Of a stretch of DNA of 64,000 nt, positions 60,690 to 64,000 are shown piece by piece; position 1 is the stretch's first letter; the number at the start of each line of letters is the position of its first letter. The notes beneath the pieces were generated by a model. That model saw only the letters and a list, made by a program, of their open reading frames with translations, did not search any database and was not told the DNA's origin. The DNA comes from the human T2T-CHM13v2.0 reference genome, Homo sapiens, in NCBI RefSeq assembly GCF_009914755.1, contig NC_060927.1; one strand, given 5' to 3'. A program made the translations under genes and the position numbers.

Positions 60690-63600
60690 TCTTTCTTCAA
60701 CTTTTAAGTTCTGGAACACATGGGCAGGATGTGCAGGTTTGTTACATAAGTAAACATGTGCCATGGTGGTTTGCTGTACAGATCAACCCATCACCTAGGT
60801 ATTAAGCCCAGCATCCATTCACTATTCTTCCTAATGGACTCTTTCCCACTGCCCCACCCCCCAACAGGCCCCAGTGTGTGTCGTTCCCCCTTCCATGTGT
60901 CCATGTGTTCTCATTGTTCAGCTACCACTTATACATGAGAACATGCAGTATTTGATTTTCTGTTTCTGTGTTTGTTTCCTGAGGATAAGACCTTCCAGCT
61001 CCATCCATGTCTCTGCAAAGGACATGATCTCATTCCTTTTTATGGCTGTATAGTATTCCATGGTGTATATGCACCGCTTTTCTTTATTCAGTCTATCATT
61101 GATAAGCATTTGGGTTGATTTCATGTCTTTGCTATTGTGAATAGTGCTGCAATGAACATATGCATGTGTGTATCTTTATAATAGAATGATTTATATTCCT
61201 TTGGTTATGTAACCAGTAATAGGATTGCTGGGTCAAATGGTATTTCTGCCTCTAAGTCTTTGAGGAATTGCCACACTGTCTTTCACAATGATTGAACTAA
61301 TTTACACTCCCACCAACAGTGTAAAAGTGTTCCTTTTTCTCTACAACCTCACCAGCATCTGTTGTTTCTTGACTTTTTAATAATTGCCATGCTGAATGGT
61401 GTGAGATGGTATCTCAATGTGGTTTTGATTTCCATTTCTCTAATGATCAGTGATATTGAGCTTTTTTTCATATGTTTGTTGCCTGCATGAAGTCTTCTTT
61501 TGAGAAGTGTCTGTTCATGTCCTTTGCCCGCTGTTTAATGAGGTTGTTTTTTTCTTTTAAGTTTCTTGTAGACTTGGGATATTAGACATTTTTCAAATGA
61601 ATAGGTTGCAAAATTTTTTCCCATTCTGTAGGTCGTCTGTTAACTCTGACAGTTTCTTTTGCTGTGCAAAACTCTTTAGTTTAATTAGATCCCATTTGTC
61701 AATTTTTTCTTTTGTTGCGATTGCCTTTCATGTTTTCATCATGAAATCTTTGCCTGTGCCTATGTCCTGACTGTTATTGCCTAGATTTTCTTCTAGGGTT
61801 TTTATAGTTTTGGGTTTTACATTTAAGTCTTTAATCCATCTTGAGTTAACTTTTGCATAAGGTGTAAGGAAGGGGTCCACTTTCAATTTTCTGCATATGG
61901 CTAGTCAGTTCTCCCAGCACCATTTATTAAATAGGGAATTATTTCCCCATTGCATGTTTTTGTCAGGTTTGTCAAAGATGAGATGGTTGTAGGTGTGCAG
62001 TCTTATTTCTGAGTTCTCTATTCTGTTCCACTGGTCTATGTGTCTATTTTTGTACCAGCACCATGCTGTTTTGGTTACTGTAGCCTTGTAGTATAGTTTG
62101 AAATTGGGTAGCAGGATGCCTCCAGCTTTTTTTTTCCTTAGGATTTTAAAATAGTTTCTTCTAATTCTGTGACAAATGTCAATGGTAGTTTAATGGGAAT
62201 AGCATTGAATCTATAAATTACTTTGGGCAATATGACCATATTCACAATATTGATTCTTCCTATCCATGAGCATGGAATGTTTTTCCTTTTGTTTGTGTTC
62301 TCTTTGATTTCTTTGAGAGTGGTTTGTAGTTCTCCTTGAAGAGGTCCTTCACTTCCCTTTTTAGTTGTATTCCTAGGTATTTTATTCTTTTTGTGGCAAT
62401 TATGAATGGGAGTTCCTTCATGATTTGGCACTCTGCTTGCCTGTTGTTGGTATATAGGAAGGCTAGCAATTTTTTGCACATTGATTTTGTATACCAAGAC
62501 TTTGTTGAAGTTGCTTATCAGCTTAAGAATCTTTTGGGTTGAGATGATGGGGTTTTCTAGATAGAGGATCATGTCATTTGCGAACAGAGACATTTTGACT
62601 TCCTCTCTTCCTATTTGAATACCCATTATTTCTTTCTCTTTCCTGATTGCCCTGGCCAGAACTTCCAATACTACGTTGAATAGAAGTGGTGAGAGAGGGC
62701 ATCCTTGTCTTGTGCTGGTTCTCAAGGGAAATGCTTCCAGGTTTGTTCATTCAGTATGATATCGGCCATGGGTTTGTCATATATGGGTTTACTATTTTGA
62801 GGTATGTTCCCTCAATACCTAGTTTATTGAGAGTTTTTAACATAAAGGGATGTTGAATTTTGTCAAAGGCCTTTTCTGCATCTATTGAGATAATTATGTC
62901 ATTTTTGCCCTTAGTTCTGTTTGTATGATGAATCACATTTATTGATTTGCATATGTTGAACCAACCTTGCATCCCAGGGATGAAGCCACCTTGATTGTAG
63001 TGGATAAGCTTTTTGGTGGACTGCTAGATTTGGTTTGCAAAATTTTATTGATGATTTTTGCATTGATGTTTATCAGGGATACTGGCCTGAAGTATTTTTT
63101 TGTTGTTGTATCTCTGCCAGGTTTTGGTCTCAGGATAATGCTGGCCTCATAAAATGAGTTAGGGAGGGGTCCCTCCTTTTCAATTTTGTAGAATACTTTC
63201 AGGAGGAATGGTACTAGCTCTTCTTTGTACCTCTGGTAGAATTCAGCTGTAAATCTCTCTGGTCCTAGGCTGTTTTTTGGTTGGTAGGCTATTTATTACT
63301 GCCTCAATTTCAGAACTTTTTACTGGTCTATTTAGGGATTCTATTCCTTTCTGGTTCAGTCTTGAGAGGGTGTAGGTGTCCAGGAATGTATCCGTGTCTT
63401 CTAGATTTTTTAGTTTATGTGCATAGACATGTTTACAGTATTCTCTGATGGTTGTTTGTATTTCTGTGGGGTCAATAGTGATATCCTTCTTATCATTTCT
63501 GATTGAGTCACTTTGATTCTTCCCTCTTTTCTTTTTTATTAATCTAGCTAGAAGTCTATTTTATTTTTTCAAAAAACCAGCTCCTGGATTCATTGGTTTT

Positions 63601-64000
63601 TTGAAGGGTTTTTCATGTCCCTATCTCCTTCATTTCCACTCTGATCTTGCTTATTTCTTGTCTTCTGCTAGCTTTGGAGTTTGCTTGCTCTTGGTTCTCC
63701 CGTTCTTTTAGTTGTGATGTTAGGGTGTCAATTTGAGATCGTTCTAGCTTTTTGATGTGTGCATTTAGTGCTATAAATTTCACTCTTAACACCGCTTTAG
63801 CTGCATCCCAAAAAGAATGGTACATTGTCTCTTTGTTCTCATTGACTCCAAATAACTTCTGGATTTCTGCCTTAATTTTATTATTTACCCAGGAGTTATT
63901 CAGGAGCAGGTTGTTCAAGTTCCACGTAATCGTGTGGTTTTGAGTGAGTTTCTTAATCTTGGGTTTTAAGTTGATTGTGCTTTGTGGTCTGAGAGACTGT
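60690..64000 (-). mobile_element. L1PA (L1PA11-13-like), 3' end through ORF2, continuing off the right edge; inactive
   Basis: RT peptide [37 protein letters not shown] (canonical FADD reads FAND); multiple frameshifts. Confidence 0.95.

Noticed and set aside
62138-63918. Active L1 reverse transcriptase
   Set aside because: Frameshifts, stops and FADD changed to FAND.

Overview
This is a primate (human-like, catarrhine) nuclear window dominated by decayed transposable elements: L1PA/L1M, L2, Alu, MIR, MaLR/ERV solo LTRs, and hAT, Tigger and piggyBac MITEs. No protein-coding exon or functional RNA gene can be supported; every ORF I can recognise is an L1/Alu/LTR remnant or noise. The most unusual locus is 6774-8774. 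It holds two diverged copies of a ~235-bp element with Helentron/Helitron-like hallmarks (insertion at TT, no longer TSD, 5' sub-terminal inverted repeat), each inserted in a different MIR. The second copy carries a ~350-bp mosaic NUMT built from three non-adjacent mtDNA pieces (D-loop, tRNA-Gln/tRNA-Met, inverted 16S rRNA) joined at short microhomologies. Other notable structures are three-level nested TE stacks, an L1PA with both ends but ~2.1 kb of ORF2 deleted, a doubly inverted L1MA, a target site used by both an L1 and an Alu, and two template-switch-like hairpins. Family names and mtDNA positions are recalled from consensus sequences, not from a search, so subfamily calls are approximate. 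I found no evidence for a new functional biological system.
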